This document shows positions 1 through 9,442 of a DNA stretch of 64,000 bases, piece after piece. The notes below the pieces were generated by a model that saw only the letters and a list, made by a program, of their open reading frames with translations, was not told the origin of the DNA and did not search any database. Location: the NCBI GenBank assembly GCA_020201525.1, contig JAIVGO010000094.1, forward strand, positions 4,126 through 68,125. The letters are read 5' to 3'. Both the position numbers and the translations under genes were made by a program. Within the stretch, counting starts at the first letter, position 1, and the number at the start of each line of letters is the position of its first letter. Source of the stretch: Actinomycetota bacterium. GTDB lineage: Bacteria; Actinomycetota; AC-67.

Positions 1-675
1 ACGCGCGCCGAAAGACCCGAGCCGGAAACATGTGGAACACGTACGAGACCTCCACGAACGAAGCGGGCGCGTTGCGCCACTTGGGCGCATCGGTGCCAAA
101 AATGTGAACGGTGACAATGTCGACCGCGAGCTTCGGCCTCTGAACATTGAGGTTGCATGCTTGTCCCCTCTCGTTCCAAATCGACTGCGAGTTCCGATAG
201 GCGGCACTCCAGCTGGCGGCCGCTCAGTCCGGTCCGCCACTTGTGGGGCGCGCGGTGGAGGAGTTCACGGGCCAGTCCGACCTAAGATCCACGGAGCCCG
301 CCTCTGCCAAAACAGCCGGGCTCGTAGGGCTCCGCTCTTCGCATCTCGAAGCAGACATGGCGGGCGGGCCGCTGTTCGAGGTCGTCCTCGAGCGGTCGCA
401 TCGGTGTCGCCATCGGCCGGCGACAGCCGGGCACCTTGAGCGATCGTCAGCCGATTCTGTGATTCCGCGACGGCAATGGTTTCGAATGTCCCCTTCGCGT
501 TCTCGCCGGGCCCTCCGAGCCACATCTTTGGGGGATTGATAGGGAGTTTCGACCGGAATAAGTGGGGGTTCCGACCGGTCGAGCGGAACCAAGGCGCACA
601 AACCTGATGAAGCTGAGGAGAAGGTCGAAGTCCTTTCTTTAGTGCCGAAGGTCACCAGTCGATCCCTCCTCCCGA

Positions 676-3600
676 ATGCTTACGGATCGGAAGGACAACG
701 GCGGAATGCGACAGGGGCGTTTGGCGCGGGCAACAGCCCGGTTGGTTGCGGCGATGGTGGCCATCACCATGGGGATCCCGGGACTTCCGAGGGCGGCTGA
801 CGCGCTCAGCTTGCCGCAGCCCGACCCGGGGCCGGGAGTGTCGGCGGCGGTGGCTCTCGATGTGGGCCCGCTCGACCCGCCCGATGCGCCGTTGGTGTCC
901 CGCTCGGAGACGACCAACGTGTTCCACCTGCCGGACGGGAACGGCGCCCTGTACTCCTACGCCGGGCCCGTCAACTGGCTCGCCCCCGATGGGCGCTGGG
1001 TGCCGTTCGACACGTCGGTCATCGCCGACGGGCTCGGCCGGTTCCGGAACCGGTCGGGGCCGGTGACCGTCAGTTTCGCCGGCCTGTCAGGGGCCGATCC
1101 GCTGGTGCGGGTCGGCACCGACGCCTGGTCCGTCGGCTTCACCGCGGAGGGGATGCTGCCCACGATCGCGCTCGGCGTCGACGGCGGCACGGCCCGTTAT
1201 CCGGGCCTGGTGGGAGGCGCTGACCTCGAGTACACAGTCGGACGCAGCAACCTCCGAGAAGTCATCACCGTCCCCAACCGGGCCGCCGCCGGCAGCGGCG
1301 TGTTCCGCTTCCCGCTCCAGCTGTCCGGCGTCATCGCCCACCAGGACGCCGACGGAACCATCGGCTTCTACGACGCAGCCGGGGTGCGTCAGGCGTGGAT
1401 CCCGCCGGGGATCGCCATCGACTCCAGCGGCGATCCGGGCGCTGGGGTTCAACCCCGCAGCGGACCGGTGACGGTGAACCTGGTCGATGACGGCGTCGAG
1501 CAGGCCGTTGAGGTTCACGCCCCCCAGGCCCTGCTCGATGACCCGGCGGTGGTCTGGCCGATCAAGGTCGACCCCGATGTTCGCTTCCCCCGGGATACCG
1601 GCACCGGGTCGTGGGACTCCTATGTCCGCAGCAACTGCGGGACCTGCAACCAGACCGGCACGAACGTCGAGGCGCTCGGCGGCCAGCTCGACGCGGCCCA
1701 AGGCGGCTATGTCGCCAAGGTCGGCTGGAGCGGCGGGGTGGAGTACGACAGCTACTTCCTTTACGATCTCTCTCCGGCCAACAACCAGAACATCCTCACC
1801 GCCACCTGGAACCCTTATCTCTATCTGCAGTCGCAGAACCCGAGCAGCCGCTACGTGCTCTGGCCGGTGGCCGACCCGTACGATCCCAACACGGTGACGT
1901 TCAACACCCGCCCGAACCACTTCACCAGCGGCCTGTGCGACGGCAACAACTCGAAGTGCTACGGGCCGGGCCCGGGCGGCGTGTTGGCGCATGACATCCG
2001 CGCCTGGGTGCACAACTGGACCCACTCGGTGTGGAACAGCCGGGGGATCGTGGTGGACACCGGCGGCGACGCCACCGGCTACTGGACCTTCCTGGCCAAC
2101 GAAGATCCCACCAACGCTTCGTATATCCGGGTGGTCTATAACCTGCCGCCGACCGCGACGTCGCTGGCGCCCAACGGCGGTTACCAGGCCACGACGACCC
2201 CGCAACTGTGCGGGACGTGGACGGACCCGAACCAGCAGTTCCAGAACGACACCGGCTACATCGCCTTCTCGGTCTACAACGGCGGCGGGGGCCTGGAGTG
2301 GTCCGGGAACAGCGCCACGGTCGCCAACAACGGGCGGGCCTGCGCCACGACCGGCGGCCTCAGCCAGGGATATCACACCTGGTCCGCCCAACCCTACGAT
2401 GGCCGGGAATGGGGAGCCACGACATCGGCCACGTTCACGGTCGACACCGTCAAGCCAGGGAACGCGGCGGTGACGAGCTCGACGCACGGCGTTGAGAGCC
2501 CCCCGGGGAGCCAGTGGTACGCGGGGCGGACGGTGGCCGGCTCGATCAGCGGACCGGCCGGCGACACCAGCGGCATCAATGGCTATTCCGTGTCGATTGA
2601 CCAGTCGTCTGCGACGGTGCCCGCCGCTACCGTGAACAGCACCGGCAGCTATAGCGTCACAGCCACGAATAGCAACGACGGGCAGTGGTATGTCCACGCT
2701 CGAGCCAAGGACAACGCCGGCTGGTGGTCGGACACCGCTCGCTACTACGGCGTTCTCATCGACAGCACGCCGCCGACGGCGCCGACGGTCCCCACCAGCA
2801 GCCACGGCATCGGTGTCTGCACCTCGAACCGGACGATCACCATGAACTGGGCGCCGGGCACCGACGTCACCTCGGGGGTGCTGGGCTACTCCTGGGTGTT
2901 CAACAACGACCAGGCCGCCCGTCCCGACAACAGCGTGGAGCCGACGGGGCTGAACACCAGCGCCACCTACACCGTGCCGGTCAACGCCGATGGGACCTAC
3001 TGGTTCCATGTCGTGACCGTCGACAAGGCCGGCAACATCAACCCGCCCGGGACCGGCGATCTTGTCTACGGGCCGATCTGCATCGACAGCACCGCCGATC
3101 CGGTCACGCTCTCCCCGACGCTGCTGCCCGACATGGTGGCCCAGTCCGACCAGGTCGGCCTGGAGCAGTTCGAACCGTACAGGTCGTTCCCTCTCGGCAC
3201 CGGCACCGCTCAGGTGCAGCTGCGGTCGGGGAACCTGGTTGCCCGCTTCGAGGACACCTCGATCCCCAACCAGGGGCTGAATACCGTCATCTCCCACGTC
3301 TACAACTCCCAGCGGCAATCGGGCGTGTTGCACACCAACGGGCTGGGCCAAGGCTGGTCGCTGTCGATCTCCGACCTCACCGCCGGTCTGGAGGGCGTGG
3401 ACGGGGCGCTGGAGGACTTCGACCTCGCCGCGCCCATGACCACGGCCAGCGCCACTGTGGTCAACGGGGCTGGCACCATCGCCGGGTACCTGCTGGAGTT
3501 CACCGACGGGGACGGGACCACCCACCGCTTCATCCGCAAGGGAGGCGTGGGTTCCCGTTGGGATTCCCCGCCGGGCGTGAGCCTGCGGGTGCGGGAGATC

Positions 3601-6600
3601 TCCAGCGGCGGTGTCGTCTCGGCCTACGAGTTCATCCGCCCCGACGGGGTGATCTACATGGCCGAGAACATCAAGACGACGCTGGGCCTGTCCACCAACA
3701 CGTGGAAGATCACCTCCATCCGCGACCGCCGCAGCAACACCGTGACCTTCGCCTACAGCGCCGTGGTGGGCCAAGCCCGCCTCACGTCGATCAGCCACAA
3801 CCGCAACGGGGTGGTGGCCACCCTGACCTGGGACGCCACCACGGGCCGGCTCACCCAGATCACGTCGTTGCCGGGCGTCAGCGCCGTCGACCCGGTGACC
3901 GGGACCAACCGCTCCTACGAGCGGTGGGTGACCTTCACCTACGACGGCAACGGCCAGCTCTGGAAACGCACCGAGAACGCCCAGGCCGGCAGCGACGGCC
4001 CCCGTGTCACCGAGTACCTCTACACCAACGGGCTGCTCACCTCGGTCAAGGACGGCAAGACCCCAGCTCAGACCACCACCTTCGCCTATACCGGCAGCGG
4101 CTACACCGTCCAGCTCACGTCGCTGACCGACCGCCGCCAGACCCCCCAGCCGACCCCCAAGCCGTGGACGTTCGCCTACGGGATCCCCGACCCGAGCAGC
4201 GGCCAGCAAGACACCGTCGTCACCTCCCCGGTGAACGACCAGGTCACCTACCGGACCTCGGGGCGGGCGGCCATCGAACCGACGGGCGCCGACCGGCGCA
4301 TCGCCGGGGGCAACATCATCGCCATCACCGACGCCGGCTACGGCCCCCCCACCCCCGGACAGGTCATCTCCGAGTTCGAATGGACCGAGAACCGCCTCAC
4401 CAAGCGCTACCAGCCCCGCCTGGTGGCCACCCCCCGCGGCGGCGGTGATCCGGTGTGGTCCTACCGCTACAACGACGTCGGGTTCCTCATCGAGACCACC
4501 GAACCCGCCCCCAACGACCCGACCCGCGCCGATCTCCCCACCGGCGCGCCCATCGCGTCGATCACCACCAAGCTCACCTACCTGCCGGTGGTGGCCGGGT
4601 CGCCCGACTCGTTCCGGTACCCTCCGAGCTGTGTCGATCCGGCCGCCGACACCAAGACCATCAGCGAGGAGGGGTACTGCCTCGCCGTCATGGAGCTCTC
4701 CCGGACGGCCGCCGACGCCCTCCCGGGCACTGGGGATACTGCCCGCCGGTACACGGACCTCACTTACAACGGCGACGGCACCCTGGCCTCCCAAACCCAG
4801 CGGGCCAAGAACGACGGCACCGCCGACGGGACCAACGACCGCACCACCACGTTCACCTACTACACCCGGGGCGGGCTCAAGACGTCCGATGGGCCCCGCA
4901 GCGACGTCGCCGACGTCACCACCTACGGGGATACCGCCGATGCCACCTACGGCGGCTACGACCGCACCGGCCAGCCGCCGACCATCAAAGACGCCCAGAA
5001 CAAGACGACGACCGTCACCTACAGCCCCTACGGCCCAGTGCAGAAGACCATCGACCGAGACGGGCGGGTGACCATGGCCCGCTACGACGACCGCGACAAC
5101 CCCGTGGAATCGGTCGACCCCTCCGGTCGCCACACGACCGCTGCCTACGACGGCAACGACAACAAGACCCGCCAGACCAGCCCACGGGGGGTCGCCACCA
5201 CCGGCGTATCTGACGACTTCACCACCATCTGGACCTACGACAATAACGACTGGGTCACCCAGGCCTCCGAGCCCGGCGCGAACCCGGCCGACGCCCGGCG
5301 GGTGGCGACGACCACCTACGCCGACGATGGCCAGAAACTGAATGAGACCACCCCCCGGGCGGGCAGCCAGGTCAACTACACCTACACCCCGAACCGGACC
5401 CTCAAGACCGTCGACGCTCCCGGCCAGACCGCCAACGCGCCAGACCGGGCCGTCACCGACTACTCCTACGACCCGGTCGGCCGGGTGACCCAGCTCGACC
5501 GGCCCGTCACCAACACCGCCGGGGAACGGCCCCGCACCACGACGACGTACACGCCGTCGGGGGCGGTGGCCAAACAGCAGGTGATCGCCAACGCCACCCA
5601 GACCCAGGTCACCACGTACTCGTACAACGCCCACGGCGAGGTCCTCCGGACCGACGGGCCCCGCACCACCCCGGTCACCGCCCAGACCAGCAGCGTCTAT
5701 GACGCCTTCGGGGAAGTGACCAAGACCAGTCGGCGGATCGACACCAGCCGCACCATCGACTCCACCGTCGGCTACGACCGGGCCGGCAACCAGATCCAGG
5801 TCATCCAGCCCAGCGCCACGACCGCCGCCAGCGACGACCTCGAATCGCTCTACAGCTACGACCCCCTCAACCGGCTCTCGGCCCAGACCAAGGACCCCGC
5901 CAACCCGACCCACACCGTCGCCTACAGCTACGACGGCGAGGGCAACCAGACCGAGCGGCTCGATAAGGCCAGCAACGTCACCGTGCGCCGGGTCAGCACC
6001 GTCTACAACCCCGACGGCACCGTCCAATCCGAGGTCGACAAAGATGAAGCGGCCGGCACCACCCTGGCGGCCTGCAACTATCCCGCCGGGGCTGGCGACC
6101 TGACCACCGGCTACGACGCCGACAGCCAGCCGCTCGTCAGCCGCAGCGTCTCGGGCACGAACGGCTGCGCCGGGACGACGACCCTGGAGACCCAGACCTT
6201 CTCTTACGCCGCCGCCAACAACTGGATGACCGGCTCCACCCAGACGCTGCGCTCCCCCGAAAACGGGACCAACTACAGCCGGACCGAGGCCTACAGCTAC
6301 GATCCCGACGGCGCCCGGGCGTCTGTCACCCACGACGGGCTTGCCACCAGCTACGGGCGGTCCCCCGCCGGCTGGGCCACCACCATCACCGACTGGCGCA
6401 GCCGGGCCTCCACCATGGCCTACTTCCCCTCGGGCGCCACCAAGACCGCCCAGCTCAACAACGCCACGGTCACGGGCACGTCGGACTACCAGCGGGATGG
6501 CGCGCCCACCTCGCTGACCTGGCAGGCCGGGGCCACCGTGCTGCGCTCGCATACCGCCATCGGCTACGACCTCGGCGGCCAGCGCACCGCCGAGACGATC

Positions 6601-8187
6601 GCCGTCCGCCAGCCCGGCGCCACCGGGACCACCACCGGCACGGCCAGCTTCGCCTACGACGCCATGGACCGGCTGACCAGCTGGGTCGCCCCCTTCGCCG
6701 AAACGGACGGCTCCCAGAACACCACCTACACCCTCGACGACGGCGGCAACATCACCGAAGAGCAAGCCAACACCGGCACCACCGCCGGGAGCGGAGCCAT
6801 TCGCACCGACATGCTCAACACCTACACGACCGGCCGCCTCACCCAGCGGACCACTAACATCTACAACTCGCTGGGCGTGCTCACTGGGACGGTCTGCAAC
6901 ACGCTGCAGTACGACGCCCTCGGCGAGGAAACCCGCCGCTACACCGACCAGCCCCTGTTGGGCTGCGGCGGCGCGGCCAGCGGCACCTGGGTGGACACCA
7001 CCTACGACCCCGCCGGGCACACCGCCACCGCCGACGACAGCCGGGTCGGAGCGGAAATCACAGACCCCCACGTCCGCTACACCTACGACGCCATCGGCCG
7101 GACCATCGCCAGCACCAACCCCAACCGAAGTGGCTCCGCCAAGACCACCCTCTACTTCTCCCAAGCCGGCGGCGACACCCTCGCCGAAGAAACCGACGGC
7201 ACCGGCCAGACCATGATCCGCTACCTCGACGATGACAACGGCGCCGCCATCGCCCAAGAGTCCTACCGCACCTCCACCGGCAGCCGAACCGCCACCTCCA
7301 CCTGGAACTGGCTCCTCCACGACACCGCCGACAACGTCGCCACCACCTGCGACGACAGCGGCGCCGTCCTCCAACAAGCCGCCTACGACCCCTACGGCCA
7401 ACCCAAAACCGGTGGGGCCGGCAAGACCACCAACACCACCTACGGCGGGTCCTCCCTCGGTCACCAAGCCGCCCTCACCGTCCGCGACGCCAACGGCAAC
7501 ACCCGCGCCGAAATCCTCGGCGACCGCCAATACGACCCCGGAATCCGAAGATTCACCACCCCCGACACCTACGCCGCCGCCACCGCCGACCTCGCCCTCG
7601 GCACCGACACGCTCACCGGCAACCGATACCTGTTCGCCGCCTCGAACCCCGTCGGGTTCTTTGAAGACGGTCACAGTAGCGGTTGCCGCCCCGGATACAG
7701 ACGAGTGAAAGGCCCATTCGGTATCCCAGCTTGTGCTCCCAATGGGCCAAGAGGACCGATCAATATCGATCGCATTGCGAACCATTTTCTAGTCCATTGG
7801 TCGGGAGGAACGGTCCGCACATGCGGCACTAGCGGCAGTGGAAGAACGGTGGTTTGCGTCGAGGACGTTCGCCGACTTCCGAGCGCTGACAGCGGATCCG
7901 ATGCTGTCACCTACGGTCACTACATCTTCTGCTATGGCTCCTGTAACCTGCGCTACGCGCATGAGATTGTGCACGTCGGGCAGTGGGAAAGGTACGGCGA
8001 CTATTTCGGTATCAGATATCTCCGGGAAGCCCGGAAACACGGTACGAAGTGCCGAAACAAGTACGAGCGAGAAGCGTACACGGCACCGGGTGGCGGCCCG
8101 TGCCCTTACGAAACACACGAACCCCCGCACGAGAATACCGAGCCTGATCCACGCATCAACAGAGGCTATGGCCGGGCATCCATTTGA
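676..8187 (+). CDS. Secreted RHS/YD-repeat polymorphic toxin (RHS1), 2503 aa. Order: signal peptide, shared N-terminal module, DNRLRE-like domain, FN3/Ig-like domains, YD-repeat shell, RHS core, C-terminal toxin domain.
   Basis: N-terminal signal peptide (MRQGRLARATARLVAAMVAITMGIPGLPRAADA). Dozens of YD repeats (YTYDGNGQL, YSYDPVGRVTQ, YSYDPLNRL, YSYDGEGNQTER). RHS core near the C-terminus (LTGNRYLFAASNPVGFFEDG). Variable tail with HEIVHVGQ. The 2232-aa antisense ORF is a high-GC artefact. Confidence 0.85.
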   Translation: MLTDRKDNGGMRQGRLARATARLVAAMVAITMGIPGLPRAADALSLPQPDPGPGVSAAVALDVGPLDPPDAPLVSRSETTNVFHLPDGNGALYSYAGPVNWLAPDGRWVPFDTSVIADGLGRFRNRSGPVTVSFAGLSGADPLVRVGTDAWSVGFTAEGMLPTIALGVDGGTARYPGLVGGADLEYTVGRSNLREVITVPNRAAAGSGVFRFPLQLSGVIAHQDADGTIGFYDAAGVRQAWIPPGIAIDSSGDPGAGVQPRSGPVTVNLVDDGVEQAVEVHAPQALLDDPAVVWPIKVDPDVRFPRDTGTGSWDSYVRSNCGTCNQTGTNVEALGGQLDAAQGGYVAKVGWSGGVEYDSYFLYDLSPANNQNILTATWNPYLYLQSQNPSSRYVLWPVADPYDPNTVTFNTRPNHFTSGLCDGNNSKCYGPGPGGVLAHDIRAWVHNWTHSVWNSRGIVVDTGGDATGYWTFLANEDPTNASYIRVVYNLPPTATSLAPNGGYQATTTPQLCGTWTDPNQQFQNDTGYIAFSVYNGGGGLEWSGNSATVANNGRACATTGGLSQGYHTWSAQPYDGREWGATTSATFTVDTVKPGNAAVTSSTHGVESPPGSQWYAGRTVAGSISGPAGDTSGINGYSVSIDQSSATVPAATVNSTGSYSVTATNSNDGQWYVHARAKDNAGWWSDTARYYGVLIDSTPPTAPTVPTSSHGIGVCTSNRTITMNWAPGTDVTSGVLGYSWVFNNDQAARPDNSVEPTGLNTSATYTVPVNADGTYWFHVVTVDKAGNINPPGTGDLVYGPICIDSTADPVTLSPTLLPDMVAQSDQVGLEQFEPYRSFPLGTGTAQVQLRSGNLVARFEDTSIPNQGLNTVISHVYNSQRQSGVLHTNGLGQGWSLSISDLTAGLEGVDGALEDFDLAAPMTTASATVVNGAGTIAGYLLEFTDGDGTTHRFIRKGGVGSRWDSPPGVSLRVREISSGGVVSAYEFIRPDGVIYMAENIKTTLGLSTNTWKITSIRDRRSNTVTFAYSAVVGQARLTSISHNRNGVVATLTWDATTGRLTQITSLPGVSAVDPVTGTNRSYERWVTFTYDGNGQLWKRTENAQAGSDGPRVTEYLYTNGLLTSVKDGKTPAQTTTFAYTGSGYTVQLTSLTDRRQTPQPTPKPWTFAYGIPDPSSGQQDTVVTSPVNDQVTYRTSGRAAIEPTGADRRIAGGNIIAITDAGYGPPTPGQVISEFEWTENRLTKRYQPRLVATPRGGGDPVWSYRYNDVGFLIETTEPAPNDPTRADLPTGAPIASITTKLTYLPVVAGSPDSFRYPPSCVDPAADTKTISEEGYCLAVMELSRTAADALPGTGDTARRYTDLTYNGDGTLASQTQRAKNDGTADGTNDRTTTFTYYTRGGLKTSDGPRSDVADVTTYGDTADATYGGYDRTGQPPTIKDAQNKTTTVTYSPYGPVQKTIDRDGRVTMARYDDRDNPVESVDPSGRHTTAAYDGNDNKTRQTSPRGVATTGVSDDFTTIWTYDNNDWVTQASEPGANPADARRVATTTYADDGQKLNETTPRAGSQVNYTYTPNRTLKTVDAPGQTANAPDRAVTDYSYDPVGRVTQLDRPVTNTAGERPRTTTTYTPSGAVAKQQVIANATQTQVTTYSYNAHGEVLRTDGPRTTPVTAQTSSVYDAFGEVTKTSRRIDTSRTIDSTVGYDRAGNQIQVIQPSATTAASDDLESLYSYDPLNRLSAQTKDPANPTHTVAYSYDGEGNQTERLDKASNVTVRRVSTVYNPDGTVQSEVDKDEAAGTTLAACNYPAGAGDLTTGYDADSQPLVSRSVSGTNGCAGTTTLETQTFSYAAANNWMTGSTQTLRSPENGTNYSRTEAYSYDPDGARASVTHDGLATSYGRSPAGWATTITDWRSRASTMAYFPSGATKTAQLNNATVTGTSDYQRDGAPTSLTWQAGATVLRSHTAIGYDLGGQRTAETIAVRQPGATGTTTGTASFAYDAMDRLTSWVAPFAETDGSQNTTYTLDDGGNITEEQANTGTTAGSGAIRTDMLNTYTTGRLTQRTTNIYNSLGVLTGTVCNTLQYDALGEETRRYTDQPLLGCGGAASGTWVDTTYDPAGHTATADDSRVGAEITDPHVRYTYDAIGRTIASTNPNRSGSAKTTLYFSQAGGDTLAEETDGTGQTMIRYLDDDNGAAIAQESYRTSTGSRTATSTWNWLLHDTADNVATTCDDSGAVLQQAAYDPYGQPKTGGAGKTTNTTYGGSSLGHQAALTVRDANGNTRAEILGDRQYDPGIRRFTTPDTYAAATADLALGTDTLTGNRYLFAASNPVGFFEDGHSSGCRPGYRRVKGPFGIPACAPNGPRGPINIDRIANHFLVHWSGGTVRTCGTSGSGRTVVCVEDVRRLPSADSGSDAVTYGHYIFCYGSCNLRYAHEIVHVGQWERYGDYFGIRYLREARKHGTKCRNKYEREAYTAPGGGPCPYETHEPPHENTEPDPRINRGYGRASI
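7671..8187 (+). other. C-terminal toxin (CT) domain of RHS1: predicted zincin-like metallopeptidase toxin with an HExxHxxQ motif.
   Basis: Follows the RHS core. Motif YAHEIVHVGQWERYGDY (HExxHxxQ, as I recall for the DUF4157 zincin-like family). Several Cys residues. Local GC drops visibly relative to the upstream RHS body. Confidence 0.5.
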
Positions 8188-8243
8188 TGCGTCTATTCAT
8201 CCGTTCGGGCCGGAGTTCGAGCTTCCCTCGGCATAGGAGGCCG

Positions 8244-8600
8244 GTGGGACGACATCGGCTTGGCCTGGTGGCCTACCTGCTCGGTGTAAGCATCCTGACA
8301 GCTGCCTGCATCCCTGGGGATCAGGGCAAGCGAGTTTGGGTGGTTAGTCGTTGCCCTGGCACCGTTTGGATCAGAGGCTCGGAGACTGGCAACGCGTCCC
8401 CAGCCGATCTTATGAAGGGTCCTGGTGGCGTCCGCTTGGAGCCTAATGAGCGAGAACTTTTCCCCGTCTTTGACAACGACGCTGATGGCGTGACTTTTAG
8501 CGTTTCGGCCGTTCAGGGCGACATCGGTGGGTTGACTACCGTTCCTCATTCAAATGACAAGGTCCGCACGCTCGAAATCCAGGGCTCAATGTGCCCTTGA
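8244..8600 (+). CDS. Putative cognate immunity lipoprotein for the RHS1 CT toxin.
   Basis: AGGAGG at 8235-8240, then GTG at 8244. N-terminus VGRHRLGLVAYLLGVSILTAAC has a lipobox (LTAAC). Lies immediately 3' of the RHS stop. GC is lower than surrounding DNA. In-frame with the track ORF 8184-8600. Confidence 0.55.
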   Translation: MGRHRLGLVAYLLGVSILTAACIPGDQGKRVWVVSRCPGTVWIRGSETGNASPADLMKGPGGVRLEPNERELFPVFDNDADGVTFSVSAVQGDIGGLTTVPHSNDKVRTLEIQGSMCP

Positions 8601-8803
8601 TCATGTCGAGACGTTTTCATACTTGTTTGGGAGGTGCGGCCCCACTTCGCGCCGGCCAACCGGTCACCGCTCTCGACTAGGGTGAGCGCCGGGTTCGCTG
8701 CAGCTCCGCTTCTAGCCCACTTCCGCTTTGGGCCAAAAGCGTGAGTCTATGATGGGACTTCGGTGACGCTCCGGGGCCGGATAGCAGAACCGTGAGTATT
8801 CCG

Positions 8804-9022
8804 CTAGCCGGCGGCGTAGATGGCGGGCCGGTAGCGGGGCGGGGGCACGGGGTCCCCGTGGGCGCGGACGGAGTCGAGCCAGGCCTCTTTGGCTTGGAGG
8901 ACCTCGGCGAGGGCTTCCTGGGGTGTGTCCCCGAAGGCCGAGCAGTGCTGAAGGTCGGGGATGTCGGCCACCCAGCTGTCGTCCTCGGCGCTCCAGAACA
9001 CATTGATGTGGTACTCGCTCAT
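8804..9022 (-). CDS. hicB: HicB-family antitoxin (type II TA).
   Basis: 72 aa, MSEYHINVFWSAEDDSWVADIPDLQHCSAFGDTPQEALAEVLQAKEAWL, matching the HicB N-terminal RNase H-like fold pattern. Overlaps hicA by 4 nt. Confidence 0.8.
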   Translation of the reverse strand: MSEYHINVFWSAEDDSWVADIPDLQHCSAFGDTPQEALAEVLQAKEAWLDSVRAHGDPVPPPRYRPAIYAAG

Positions 9023-9306
9023 TTCGTGTCCTCCGGGAGTTGCAGGGCGTTGCGTTCCATGATCTGGAGCACCTGGCGGAGCTGGTAGGGCTTGGCGTTC
9101 CCGCCGCGGGGTTGGAGGTTGAGGCGCTCCCCAATGTCGGGGTGGCGGTAGATGTGGTGGCTGCCCTGCACTCTGTCGAGGGTAAACCCGAGCGCTACCA
9201 CCAGGCGCTGCGCGTCGGTGAAGCTCACGTTGGCGACCCCATGGGGGACTGGAGGTGGTCGAGCGAGTCGTTGTTCGGTAGCGGATTGGATTGATTGGCT
9301 CGCCAC
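9019..9306 (-). CDS. hicA: HicA-family mRNA interferase toxin. The true start may be the internal GTG at 9228, giving about 70 aa.
   Basis: Motif FTLDRVQGSHHIYRHPDIGERLNLQPRGGNAKPYQLRQVLQIME, as in HicA/YcfA (GSHH...HP...K.G.LR.IL). The GTG start at 9306 gives 95 aa. Confidence 0.75.
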   Translation of the reverse strand: MASQSIQSATEQRLARPPPVPHGVANVSFTDAQRLVVALGFTLDRVQGSHHIYRHPDIGERLNLQPRGGNAKPYQLRQVLQIMERNALQLPEDTK

Positions 9307-9442
9307 GCCCGCGAGCGCCCGGTGACGCGATTCGCTCTACAAGGGACGAACGTTCACACTGCGTTGATCCTGTCGGAGGTCGGGGCAGATGGGGTATCGA
9401 ATACGCTCTTGCACCCGCGCTCGACCGAATGGAAATAGAGGA

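Noticed and set aside
4445-5213. Pro/Thr/Arg-rich overlapping plus-strand ORFs inside RHS1 (587, 252, 208 aa).
   Set aside because: Alternate-frame translations of YD-repeat coding DNA.

Separately, I considered whether the periodic nucleotide repeats could be a CRISPR array.

I rejected that, because they are in-frame protein repeats with no spacer-repeat regularity.
1087-7785. 2232-aa minus-strand ORF covering most of RHS1.
   Set aside because: Gly/Ala/Val/Arg-rich antisense reading of a ~70% GC gene with no motifs, whereas the plus-strand frame encodes recognisable YD repeats.
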